From: Felis catus
Lineage: Eukaryota
NCBI RefSeq assembly: GCF_018350175.1
Contig: NC_058384.1
Location: 68,572,001 to 68,636,000 of the forward strand
Reading direction: 5' to 3'
DNA length: 64,000 nt
Shown here: positions 39,671 to 50,900 of the stretch, one piece after another
Layout of the letters: the number at the start of each line of letters is the position of its first letter
Numbering within the stretch: the first letter of the stretch is position 1
Notes under the pieces: model-generated
The model's database searches: none
What the model saw: the letters and a program-made list of their open reading frames with translations, nothing else
Told to the model about the DNA's origin: nothing
Position numbers and translations under genes: made by a program

Positions 39671-42600
39671 CGAGCAGGGGAGGGACAGAGAGAGAGACGG
39701 ACACAATTCGAAGCAGGCTCCAGGTTCTGAGCTGAGCTGTCAGCACAGAGCCCAATGCAAGGCTTGAACTCTTGAACCGTGAGATTGTGACTTGGGCCAA
39801 AGTTGGATGCTTAACCAACTGAGCCACCCAGGTGCCCCGTCAGACTTGTGATTTAGGTTCAGGTCATGATCTCACAATTTGTGAGATGGAGCCCCACATC
39901 AGGCTTTGCACTGACAGCAAAGAGCCTGCTTAGGATTCTCTCTCTGCCCTCCCCTGCTCATGCATGCACTTTCTCTTTCTCCCCTCAAAAATAAATAAAC
40001 TTCAAAAATAAAAAAAATCTAAACTTTTAAAAGGCGTAAGTACTCCTACATCCACCCCCTATCCCAAAATCATGCACAATTATTCTAAAGTAAACTCAAA
40101 ATAAGCCAAAGAGTCTATTATCTGATTATCCAGGCAGTCATCTTCAGATAAGGTCAATGATGTAAAATCTAAGACCACACTTTTTTTTTTTTTTTTTTAA
40201 AGTAAAGTCTACGTTCTGAGATCAAGAGTTGCCTGCTCTACTGACTAAGCCAGCCAGGTACCCTAATACCACATTTTTGAAGAGAAAAATCCACAAATTT
40301 AAATTCAGTGGTTACAAAAAGTTTTCCAATGGGGCACCTGGGTGGCTCAGTCAGTTAAGCATCTGACTCTTGATTTCGGCTCAGGCCATGATCTTGTGAT
40401 TTGTGGGATCTGTACTGACAGCACAGAGTCTGCTTGGGATTTTCTCTTTCTTCCTGCCCCTTTCCTGCTCCCAAGGTTTTCCGTTATTATTTCCTATTGT
40501 CTCAAGGAAAGTGACAAACCCCCAACATTTAGTTAACGTGATACTCTAAACCTAGTAACCTGACCTCTCTAAGGATAAACTCTGGGTATCTATCCCAACC
40601 AAAGATCCCCAATGTAAGACCAAGGAAATGAAAGTTAGTTCAAAATGATACACTGCTCATTGAAACAAAACAGTTCTCTATTAGGCACCACAGGAACACC
40701 CCAAAGATTAGTAAGGCAGAATCCCTGTTCTTAAAGGACTTGACAATTTGGGACAATGATAAGACAAGCACAAAATTATTGGGATCTCATTAAGTAGAAA
40801 AGAGAAGAGGTGAAATAAGTGAAATTCTAGGGTAAGAGCTCCTCCAAGATGATAGGAGCCCCTATCATCTCCAGGGTGGTCAACAGGCCGTTAACTCTTT
40901 TTCTGCCACCTCAACAGAAATAAGTTCAAGCGATGAAAACGTACTGCAAAATGTAAAGGTGATACTGATGAGAATGTCTTGAATTCAGAATCTACCAGTT
41001 TGTGACTCTGTTCAACAGCAATAAAACAGGTGAGCAGAATGTTCTCTGATTAGTAACGAAGGCTATTAGATACCATTTCTAATTCAGACTAACCCAGTCT
41101 TGAACACAGTCACTAGCCTGGAATGAATAATTTACTCTGGGCTAATTAAAAGAGATGGATTTTGGGGCGCCTGGGTGGCTCACTCGGTTGAGCATCCGAC
41201 TTCAGCTCAGGTCATGATCTCACACTCGTGGGTTCAGGCCCCACGTCGGGCTCTGCACTGATAGCTTGGAGCCTGCTTCAGATTCTGTCTCCCTCTCTGC
41301 CTTTCCCCCACTCGCACTCTCTCAAAATAAACAAACCTAGTAATAAAAAAAATTTTTAAAGAGATGGATTTTATCTGTTTTCTATTTATTGTACATAAAT
41401 TTTAGGTACTTGCCACCTGCAGAAAACAACCTCCTCAACTGTCTCTGCTCCATTTGGAGAATAAGGTACTCTCCTTTAAGTTGAGTTACTCCACTTGCTA
41501 TTTTTAGAATATTCTGAGCTTCTCAGCCAGGGACCCACTTTCCAGAACGCTCTATTAACACTCTACCGTATCTGGGTTTCCTTCCAGTAGGACATTGATG
41601 GCTCTGTTGACATCTCCATTGCAGTCATGTAAAGCAATGACACATTCATCCTGGTTCTTGCCTGTGATATCAATCAACTGAAAGAGAAAAAAATCAGCAA
41701 CATGAACGAACTTGCACTCTTCATAAAAGGAAGCCAGGTGAAGAGAGAAGACACCAGCTGAATCCGAAAGAACCCCAGACTTAAAAAAGCAAAATATGCA
41801 GAATTTTGGTATTCTAGCTCAATAAGCAAAACATTAACACCTGTGATTACAGATGATGTCAAAAGTATTTACACAATAAAGTAGCTTGTAGAGATCAAAC
41901 CCAGAAGCACACAGGTTTCAGCATACCATAAATTTCTACATTTCCTAGATGCCACAACTGCTCAAAGTTGCTATAAAAATGGCATCAACAAAATCATCCA
42001 ATAAACAAGAAGTGAAAATTAAGATAAAACCTTTTCGAACATGGTAGCTGTCTAAAGAAGTATGGTAAATCAGACAACAAGAGCATTTATTTATTGGCTT
42101 AACCTATTATGTTTCAGGTCATAATTCTTTTAGTATCTACAGGAAAAAGTACCCTAACAGACATCTATGATGTTAAACTATGCTTTAATCCTGATGTCTT
42201 TTTCCATCACTGCCAGCAATTAGCAATACACTCACTTGTTTCACCTTTTCCTCAAAGTCAGCATCATTATGGTCTGAAATCATCTGTGCAAGTCGAATCT
42301 GTTCCGCAGTGGCCTAAGAATGGAGATGAGTTCAAGAAAGCATGATCAAGAGACAACAGTTTAGAGAAATAAGAGGGACCTATGTAGCCAATAATCCACC
42401 CCACCTCTCAGCCCAATTTCCTTCTCCTTGTTACAAATGACCAATAAAGTGCTAACACCAGTTAAGATGCTTACCTCTGCAAAATGACAAAAAAATAAAC
42501 AATGAACCTGTCACCATTCCACTCTACAATCCCTAAAAAAGCAGGGAGCTTTTTCACCCATGTTCACAGTTAAAGAAGCTCCCATTGTGGGATCACAGCA

Positions 42601-43087
42601 CCTCTTTTAAACATCCGTGCCTTAAATAATTGACATTAATATATTTGCAAAGTCATGTATAAACCCCGTTCCTGTTTCTGCAAGGACCAATGCCACCCTC
42701 TTATATCTGGCCTGACGATAACCTAAGATTTAGTCTGAGGAAAATGCTACCTTAGAGATACAAAGTACAGGACCCCTTCTCTCCAAGTCTCATAATACAG
42801 CATCAAAAAACAAAAAGCAAGCATGCTCATCATGGCCTACCACAACAGTCATCGGGCCCTAAGTAAAGAGGAGAGGCAAGGACTAGAAAAAAAAATAAAA
42901 AATGCAAACCAATAATCCAGAGCAGAGAATGATGCTGCGCTGGATGGGAACCAGTATCAATCAGCAATGCTGGCAATGCATCCCTTGGGTTCTTTACCTG
43001 TGGCCGCTGCTTGTGCTGTGTCTGGTTTTGGTTCTGAGGTTGTTCCCAGTTTCCCCGGGCTCGGTTCGTGCCCACCGACGTCATCAT
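7795..43087 (-). CDS. UBAP2L: Ubiquitin-associated protein 2-like (stress-granule RNA-binding protein)
   Basis: Coding exons: 42998-43087 (MMTSVGTNRARGNW), 42236-42313, 41567-41677 (UBA), about 36984-37152, 36488-36583 (RGG), 36038-36083, 35527-35639, 31477-31529, one inferred in N 31270-31401, 27816-27987, 24616-24814, 23751-24028, 23421-about 23593, 21778-21967, 21015-21069, 20230-20404, 19839-19911, 18672-18867, 18503-18591, 17494-17547, 16824-16905, about 15876-16093, 15317-15422, 10716-10783, 9790-9987; the canonical last exon is inferred inside N 8337-8516. With recalled lengths for the masked exons the total is 3264 nt, the 1087-aa canonical form. Confidence 0.97.
13611..14035 (-). other. 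UBAP2L: UBAP2L proximal alternative last exon and 3'UTR (short isoform); coding part hidden in Ns
   Basis: AATAAA at 13611-13616 followed by a GU/U-rich element, directly downstream of a 260-nt masked block in the intron where the short-isoform exon (recalled as GRKYPPPYKHFWTAES*) is expected. Confidence 0.6.
16968..17103 (-). ncRNA. SNORA58B: H/ACA box snoRNA SNORA58 (orthologue of SNORA58B), intronic in UBAP2L
   Basis: Minus strand GGGCACACCCGTAGACCTCGCCTGAC...GGGGGACAGTGTGTGC...CCAGCT...GGCTGGATAAAT...ACATT; two hairpins; ACA three nt from the end; about 60 nt upstream of the next acceptor. Confidence 0.88.
20552..20774 (-). mobile_element. Can-SINE (SINEC_Fc) with 14-bp TSD
   Basis: TSD tagactctcttatt at 20538-20551 and 20775-20788. 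Confidence 0.93.
22490..22702 (-). mobile_element. Can-SINE
   Basis: Antisense head ending gagctgcccagatgcccc, with a T-rich tail at the left end. Confidence 0.9.
22945..23190 (+). mobile_element. Can-SINE
   Basis: ggggacgcctgggaggctcag head, A-rich tail, flanking aagaactgggcgtgg / aagaactaggcgtgg TSD. Confidence 0.88.
24945..25170 (+). mobile_element. MIR SINE
   Basis: agagcacagtctctggagtcagactgcctaggtccaaatcctggct...ttttcctcacctgaaa MIR core. Confidence 0.75.
25225..25915. mobile_element. Cluster of three Can-SINEs (-, +, -)
   Basis: Copies at about 25225-25436 (-), 25467-25680 (+) and 25715-25915 (-). Confidence 0.88.
26650..27020. mobile_element. Head-to-head Can-SINE pair (- copy abutting a 5'-truncated + copy)
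   Basis: The antisense head ends gagccacctaggcgct and is followed at once by caagcatctgactcttgat...ctcaggttgtgatctc. Confidence 0.85.
28410..29230 (+). mobile_element. MER21/MER77-like ERVL solo LTR
   Basis: gcacagagctcctaaaaccctt, gattagagggttagaactttcagcccc, ccaatggcttagtcaatcaggcctat...gtaatgaaac and terminal ggtgtcagaa motifs. Confidence 0.7.
32580..32990 (+). mobile_element. Two Can-SINEs (full length 32580-32800; short old type 32886-32990)
   Basis: tgggtggctcag heads and A-rich tails. Confidence 0.85.
33680..33739 (-). CDS. UBAP2L: UBAP2L 60-nt in-frame cassette exon (RLDFSGVEGSNYPRKFETAP)
   Basis: Long polypyrimidine tract and tttcag acceptor, G|GTATGA donor, symmetric phase 1. Matches the insert I recall from mouse Ubap2l. 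Confidence 0.8.
35185..35380 (+). mobile_element. MIR fragment
   Basis: ggtgtaacagaaagagcatgggctcttagggtcaaac...gagttcaaat...gtaaagtgcc. Confidence 0.6.
38290..38720 (+). mobile_element. L1MB-type LINE-1 3' end
   Basis: ccaagtgtccat...ggatgaataaacaaaatgtggtatacacat...gattccacttacatgaggtacctagaataggcaaattcatagagacaga...atatacttaaaatggttaaaa. Confidence 0.85.
38993..39210 (+). mobile_element. Can-SINE (SINEC_Fc) with TSD agcttata
   Basis: Full-length copy with a poly(A) tail. Confidence 0.92.
39585..40020. mobile_element. Can-SINE (+) interrupted by an antisense Can-SINE (39613-39838)
   Basis: Head remnant gctcagttggctaagcatcagac precedes the inserted copy; the body resumes gtcagacttgtgatttaggttcaggtcatg. 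Confidence 0.85.
40180..40470. mobile_element. Short antisense SINE (40180-40263) and partial sense Can-SINE (40331-40470)
   Basis: SINE heads cagccaggtaccc and ggggcacctgggtggctcag. Confidence 0.8.
41164..41357 (+). mobile_element. Can-SINE with TSD aaagagatggatttt
   Basis: TSD on both sides and a canonical head. Confidence 0.92.
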
Positions 43088-46000
43088 TTACAGTATATAC
43101 AAATAACAGTATTTACAAGGTAGAATACTGAAAGATTAAAAAAAAATTCAGATATTAAATATGGGCAAAACAGGTTTTCAACCTCTTTCATCAGCACCTT
43201 CACCAAACATGTTCACCAACCAAGAAGAGTCATCTGTTCTTGAGACATACTCAGTTTGATAAATTCCTTAAGGAACAATTGTTAGTAGTCCATTTTTATA
43301 GAAGAAATATATAAAGCATAGGTGACTGCCGGTTTAAGTCATGCGCATGGTTTGGTTACTAGTCCCTATATGCAGCTTTGTGAAGTTTCGCAAAACAATG
43401 TTAATAATCAAAAGCTTTCTACACACAAATATCTAAAGCCCCTTTGACAAAAGGAAAGCTAATCAGCAAAACCTGGAAACAAAAGCCTTCCAGGAAGGGA
43501 ACTTAATCTATACTCCAAACAAATAAAAACAATTTAAAATAGAGAAACTCAATCTACCTATGAAAACAGCCCTACCTCCCTTACAATATGTAAATTGCAT
43601 GCAACCCCCATCACTTGGGAAAGGACATGCTCAAGTCTAGATTTCCTCCCTCAAGCTCAAGCGCGCGTGCTCTCTCTCTCTCTGTCTCTGTCTCTGTCTC
43701 TCTCATCATGCAGTGGGTGCTTCCATAACCTTCAACAAGGCAAGTATTAGCCCCAGTGACTTTGCTCAAGAATCTCAGTTCCCTGGATAATTCCAACACA
43801 CTATTTTTGCAACTACTTTCTGTTGCTCTCCTAGTCCACTGTTCTGAGGCACCAGAATTGCAATTACCCTTTACCACTCACCTTAATATACAGAGAATTC
43901 CAAATCTGTCCCAAACCAAAAGGGTCTGGCACAAAGTTTTTATTTGCAAGAAAGGGCTTCTAGGATATCATTTTAAACGAGACATTACTGCCAGCAAGAG
44001 GACTTTGTTGAGACAGAAAACACACAGGGCCTTCTCAAAACTAGAACGGTTTTTGTTATTAACACTTCCAGCAGGCTACGATTCTCCTGAACTTAAGTTC
44101 CTTCCGTTCATACTTTGCTTTATACCGCAACCTCAGCTGCTACGGTGAGTAAACAAAGAAAATACTCATCCTACGACAGAGTGGCTCAAAATCAGATGTT
44201 AATCTGCATGGTTTTATTCCCTTCCAAAGAGGGTACGTTTATATTTTCTGCTCTACGTGTAACTTTTTTCATTAATGAAACTTTATACGGGATAATTCTA
44301 GACTCCCCAAAAGCCATTGCTGGATTTGAGAGACATAGGTTGGGCCTCTAAAGAAATACAGAAGGATTAATTGTTAGGGAAGGGAATCTTACTGTTTCTC
44401 AGGTCTCAAAGAAAACGAACTTCCCTGAAGATAAATTCTTCACCAAAGTGGATCAAGAGGCTGCAGAGGTCTCTCTTTTGATGCAGTCATTCAGACTGAA
44501 GAGTTTCTACATTCTCTATCACCAAAATTTTTAAGAAAATTTCAGAGCTAATTCTTTAACCCTTACCTCTTTCTGCTACATATGTGCACACAAAGGCCTG
44601 TAAATATTTCTAGCTACTACAAAACTATTTGCTACACAAATAGTCCATCTTCCCAGACTAGTCAAGTTTCAACACTCACACACACACCAAAAAAACATGT
44701 GTTCTTTAACCAGTACCCTGGATTCAAATCAAAGAAAAAAATTAAAATTAGACGAAAACTATTATGCTTTTAAATAACTGGCTCTAAAATGAAATCTCTA
44801 ATGGGAATAAACACTCCTGTAGCTTACAAATACTGCTTTCTACTTCTCGTGTGATTTCAAGTTAATAAGTTAATACTAGATATGAATGCTGTGACTAGCA
44901 ATATGAACTCCATATACCATACCGGTCAATGTAGATATATTAAAAAGTCATCTTGAAAGCCACATAATGACTCAAGGGAAATAGAATGAAACAAAAAAAA
45001 AAGAACAGTCCAGAAGACTCCCTCTGTTAACTTCAATTTCTCTCTTACAAGTGCTTTGAAATGTGCGACTAAGAAAATTTTACCACCTAGGTAGTAACAA
45101 CACTGAGCAGCAGGTCAAAATTAAATGATCTGGGATGGATCACTGGAGGGCGCAAAATTAGTAGCCTTTTCGTAGCAAGCAGGGACACATACCTAGAGTT
45201 ATCACAGTGGAGAGGAAGAATCTTGTTAAGTATTTTTCCTTAGAAAATAAAAATATTTACGGGCAACATGTGAGAAGTGTTGGAGACCCAGGGAAAAGTG
45301 CAGGAATACAGGTTTCAACACAGGAGTGCCTTTGACCATTTTTTGAAAACCAGCTACTTAAAAAAAAAAATAGCCAAAGAAATTTTACAGAAAAAAATAA
45401 AAATCAAGTATTTATTGAGTATCTACTATGTGTCCAGTACTTTAGAAAATACAAAAGCGATAGGACTTGGTTGCTGCCCTCAGGGAGCTTACAATCTAAG
45501 TAGAGAAACAATTCAGACACTCAAGCTGGACTGGGGTAGCTACCTGTAACAGAACAGCTAATTCCCCCGGATGTTTTGTGGAAATGACCCCTGCATCCCC
45601 TCGTCCACAAACTTGAATCTCGTTTTAAAAAGCGTACTTGCCAGTTAGGGCACATTTAGCAAAAAAGGGGCTTTAGTAATCAGCAACAGTACATTTTAAG
45701 GTCTTTCATCCTCAGTTACGTGACAGCAGTACCCGCTGCTCACAAGGGAAACGGTCACCGGCACGGTCCGCTCTTTTAAGGACAATGGTGTAGGATCTCA
45801 AACCCGTTGTAGCAACCCACACGTAACCAACACGTTCCGGTTCTCCGGTGATGCTGGCTGTCACGGACCCCCATCATCCGCCAGCAAGTCACACCACACA
45901 TCCCCACGGCGGGATACGGACGGTGAAAGGTGGACGGGGAGAAAACAAAAAAAGGATTTCTCCATCCAGTAATCAGGGGCACTCAGAGGCAAAAAAACGG

Positions 46001-46199
46001 TAACGACAACAACAACAACAACAAAAGAGCCTGTTCCTGTGGCGTTTTTCCTTCCCCATCACCCTACACCAGAGGTGGCTACTTTTCGAGACGGGTGGCG
46101 GAGCGGTCTCCTGTTTGTGACATCAGTTTGCAAAGCCATTTAGGGACTGTCCACAAAGTGAAGGGTCTGAGGAAATTCGGGATTCCTGTCCTATCATGA

Positions 46200-47950
46200 G
46201 AAGAGTGGACCCGCACCCCAGTGCTCCAGTGACGTCCCTCGGGCGTAACACACCCTGTGGGGGTCGGCCCGCCCAGCTTCCCCAACAAACATCCTAATTG
46301 TCCGGGGCCCCCCAAACTCCAGCGTGGGCCACGGCACGCTTACGACAGCGGCAGAGAAGCCGTCCCCCATGCCGGGGCGCTGAGAAAGCAGGACGGGCGG
46401 TAAGAGGAGCTGACAAAGAGGCTGGAAGCGGACAGGGGACGCGAGCCCACGCGTGGAGGATGGGAGGCTCGCCCCGCTCAGCGCCACATCGGGAGCTCCC
46501 GGGGCCAATCGCCGCCTCACCTCCCACCCGGAACAAATTAATCCTCCGCACTCCGAACTGAGGGCCACATGGGGGGAGTTCGGGGCAGCTCCACCCCGCC
46601 GTCCTCCCTCCCCCCCCCCCCCCGCCACCCCCAAACCAGGCCGGATCCGGATCCGAGAAGGCCCGCAGCGGGCTGCAAAGGGAGGCCGGCCCCCGCGGCG
46701 TCCTCACGGCAGCGGCCGGGCCGGAGAGGGCCCTACCTCAGGCGGGGCCCAGGCCGCGCTCGCTCGCGCTCTTCCTCGCTCTCCCCGCTCGGGCTCTAGC
46801 CGCATGGCCCCCCCCTCCGGCCGCCCAAGCCCCGCCCCGGCCACGCTCCCAAATCGAGGCCCCGGCTCCGGCGCGGCCCACTAGGCCGCAAATCCAACCA
46901 TAAACAAAACCTCCGGCGGCCAACTAGGGGGGAGGGGGCTGGGTAGGGCGCCGGGCTCGCACGACCGGGAGGGGTGTCCAGTAGGGGAGCGCACGGGGCG
47001 GGGGGCCGACTGGGGTGGGGGGGGGCCCGGCGGGGTACGGGAGAAGGGAGGGANNNNNNNNNNNNNNNNNNNNNNNNNNNNNNNNNNNNNNNNNNNNNNN
47101 NNNNNNNNNNNNNNNNNNNNNNNNNNNNNNNNNNNNNNNNNNNNNNNNNNNNNNNNNNNNNNNNNNNNNNNNNNNNNNNNNNNNNNNNNNNNNNNNNNNN
47201 NNNNNNNNNNNNNNNNNNNNNNNNNCCTCCCCACCCCCTCCCTCCTTTCCCCTCGCGCGCTCGCTCTCGCGCCTTCCCCCTCCCACTTGCCTGCCTGCGT
47301 CCCCCGGCACGTGACGCGAAAAGGGACGCGCACGCAAGCGCGCGCGCACTGCCCGCCACGAGCCGCGGCGCTGCGGCTCCGCGCGTCCGCCCCGCCTCTG
47401 CCGCGTGACGCACCGTCGGCATCCGCTTCCTGTTCCCGGCGTCGTCCGGCGTCGTCCGGCGTCTCGGCGCGCGCCGGTGCGGGCCTGGGTCACGTGCTGG
47501 GGCAGCGGGAAGGCGGCGTTCTTGTTTCCTGGGCCCCTGTCCGCCATGTTTTCAGGCCGGCTGAGCGTCGGTGTTTCCCCGTGAGGAAATGGCCGGGGAG
47601 TTTCGGGGAGCCCGGGCGCCGGGGCCTCGGCGGCGGAGCCCAGGCTGACCCGGAGCGGTTGTGCGCGGGGCGGGAGGCCATGGCGTCCGGCAGTAACTGG
47701 TTGTCCGGCGTGAACGTCGTGCTGGTGATGGCCTACGGGAGCCTGGTGAGGAGACCCCGCGTCCCGGCCCTCCGCCCCCGGCCGCTCGCTCACCCACCTG
47801 CGCCTGCCCTGGGCTGGGACTCGTACCTGCCCCCGGAGCGCCTGGGGGCCGAGCGCCCTGCCCCTGCTCCCTGGCCCCCGGGCGTGCCCCGAAGCAGCCC
47901 TGAGCGCTTGCAGCTGGGGACCTCAAAGGAAGGCGTGCCCCCCCCCCCTT
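46200..47950. promoter_or_regulatory. Bidirectional CpG-island promoter of UBAP2L (-) and C1orf43 (+), including non-coding UBAP2L first exon(s)
   Basis: CpG-dense. E-boxes CACGTGAC 47308-47315 and GTCACGTG 47489-47496, ETS-like CTTCCTG near 47426, YY1 CCGCCATGTT 47541-47550; candidate UBAP2L exon-1 donor GAG|GTAGGG at 46737/46736. Confidence 0.9.
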
Positions 47951-50900
47951 TTTAAAAATTACTGTGTTTTTGCTAAAGATACTGTCCTTTTTTCCTATCT
48001 CTTGGACAGGTGTTCGTACTCCTGTTTATTTTTGTGAAGAGGCAAATCATGCGCTTTGCAATGAAATCCCGAAGGGGACCTCATGTCCCCGTGGGACACA
48101 ACGCCCCCAAGGTAGGTCCTTAAGGCACGAGGTCGGCCTGGTTCTGCGGCTCCGTCAGGGCCTAGAGTGAGATGGCCTTCGCCTTTGAGATGACTTTGGT
48201 TTCTGAGTTCCCTTGTCGCTCTCCCCGCGCTCGGCCGGAGAGAGAACGGTCAGCGTGGCTCTGGCTTCCGCTCCCCCTGCTGCGGCACAGCGTGCACTTG
48301 GCGCAGAAGCAACAGTTTTTGCATCTGCGGAGTGAAGGGTTTGGACTAAAATTTGCCAACTCTGTGGACAGAGTTCGCAAGCTCAACGTGCCGCCCAGTG
48401 TTTTCTGTTTTAAGGTTTGTGTTAGGGCGGCAGGTTAGCCCCAGGTCACGGAGAAGGATCTGCCGCTGCACTACCTTCCATTCCTGGGGGCCTCATCAAT
48501 CCCCTAGTCCCCCTAGTCCTTCGTGTTAGGAGCTGAAACCTGAGAAGGAAGCAGCTTACCCCAGGACGTGCCCAAGGTGAATAGTCCAGGAGTCTTCACA
48601 CTTTCTCCAGTAACTATCTTCCTTTCCTCGGCTTGTAGATCTCTACTGATGACATTTTCTCCGTCTCCCAGACCTCTTTACTGAGTTCCCTGTTTTTATA
48701 TGTACCGCCTTTGTAGCATTTCCACAAACCTAACCTGGAAATCAGAGGTCTAAATGCCACCCCCAGTCCTGCTCCTGTCTTCAGCTTCTGGCTCTTTCTG
48801 ATCCAAGGATCCAGCCGGGATCCGGCTACACATGTTAGGTTTCCAGTCTTTGCATGTGCTGTTGTTGGGGCATAGAGTGGTCTTTGGTTTTCTCTTGGCT
48901 AGCTGATTTGCTCTTTAGATCTTAGCTCAAATGTTGTTTCCTCTGAAGAAGAGAGTTTACTAACCTGTTTTAAAGTAGGTGATCTTTTTTTTTCTCGTAG
49001 CATCCTGTTTTTCTGGATACAGTTTTATCACAAGTTTTCTTTTGTGTTTGTCTGCTTGTTTAATGCTTACCTTCCATGAGACCATAAGCTTCAGGAATGC
49101 AGGCACCATGCCAGTTTTGTTCACAGTAAAGCCAGGGCCTGCGTGTAGTGGGTGCTCAGTAACGTGTTACTGAGTGATAAACAGGTTAGTGGGAGAACCG
49201 GAGCTAGTACACAGTTCGCTCAACTCCTGGCTGGGTGTCCTTTCAACAACCAGTGCTGTCAATATTCCTTTTTTTTTGTTCTCGGCTGATGTATTTCACG
49301 GAAAGCCTTAAGGAACGTGTCATGGTGTAAAAACTCGATGGTGCTTCTTCTATGTTCCCTCAGTTCTCCAGATGCCACCTGCCATCCATAAGACGGTTAT
49401 AGGGTTGGCCACCAGTACACCATGATACAATCAAAACTTTGATTATTGGGGCGCCTGGGTGGCTCAGTCGGTTAAACGTCCAACTTCTCAGATCATGATC
49501 TCACAGTTTGTGAGTTCAAGCCCCGCGTTGGGCTCTATGCTGGCAGCTCGGAGCCTGGAGCCTGATTCAGATTCTGTGTCTGTCTGTCTCTCTCTTTCAA
49601 AAATAGTATTTTTAAAAATCTTTTTAAAAACTTTGATGATTTTGGAGCATCCTGGACTAGATAAGATTCCTTTCCCTTTAAAAAATTCTCTCATTTAAAT
49701 TTGTATTCAGCAGCTCTTCCTGCCCATGGGTCCTGTCCCCATGCTTTAATAGAATGACCTTTTTGCACCAAAAAATAATAAAAAATAAGTTTGCATTCAT
49801 TGCTGGTGGAAGTGTAAATTACTAAAACTTCTTTGGCCAATAACCAGGTATTATCTAGTAAGATTACGCATGTACCTAATCCCATGGTGCAGGAGTTCCA
49901 CTCTTACCATTCAGAAAGTAATTTTTGTTCGTGTTGTACCAGAAGACATGGAAGAATATTCGTGGGGCAGGGCCTGCCTGGATGGCTCAGTTGGATAAGT
50001 GTCCCAACTTCAGCTCAGGTCATGATGTCATGGTTCCTGAGTTCAAGCCCTGCATCAGGCTCTCTGCTGTCAGCACAGAGCCTGCTTAAAATTCTCTGTC
50101 CCCCTCTCTCTCTGCCTCTCTCTCTCTCTCTCAAAAATAAAACATTTAAAAAAAAATTTTTTTAAGGATATCCATGGCAGCAATTGTGATATTTCCAGAA
50201 GAAATTCTTAGGCCAAACGTCTACTCAAGAATATATCTATGATTTATTTGTATTTTGGAATACTAGGAGTGAAAGTAAGCTCAACAACGCGAACATATGG
50301 ACACACATGAATTTCTATAGCATTTTTTTATTTGTAAAATTTTTTAACATTTAGAGAGAGTGTGTGTGCAAGCGGGAGGGGGGTGGGGGCAGAATCGCAA
50401 GCAGGCTCCAGGCTCTGAACCGTCAGCACAGAATCCAACGTGGGGCTCAAACCCACGATCGTGAGATCATGACCTGAGCCAAAGTCGGACGCTTAACTGA
50501 CTGAGCCACCCAGGTGCCCCAATTCTAAAGCATTTTTAAAAAAGAAAAAGACAAACATGAGTGAATCTCAAAAACATGCTGAGTAAAAAAAGCTAGCAAG
50601 CCATTCACAAAAGAGTATCTGCCATTTTGTTCCGTTCCATTTATGTGAAATTCTGGAACACACGACTGTATCAATAAAAAGTACATAATTATTGCCTGGA
50701 GCAGGGAAAGAGGTTGATTGCAGAGGGACATGGAGAACGTTTTGGGGTGATGGAAATGTTCTGTCTTGGTTGCAGTGGTGGTTGAGTGGGTGTATTTACT
50801 TGTCAAAACTCAGTCCACGCAAATTGGTTGCATTTTATTCCATGTAAGTTCTAACTTAGTATTTAAAATTTTGAAAAGACAAGTTACTGAGGAATGCAAA

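Noticed and set aside
46194-47955. Many long overlapping ORFs (up to 289 aa) on both strands
   Set aside because: A GC-rich CpG island with few stop codons, plus a run of Ns. Only the C1orf43 exon-1 portion is supported as coding.
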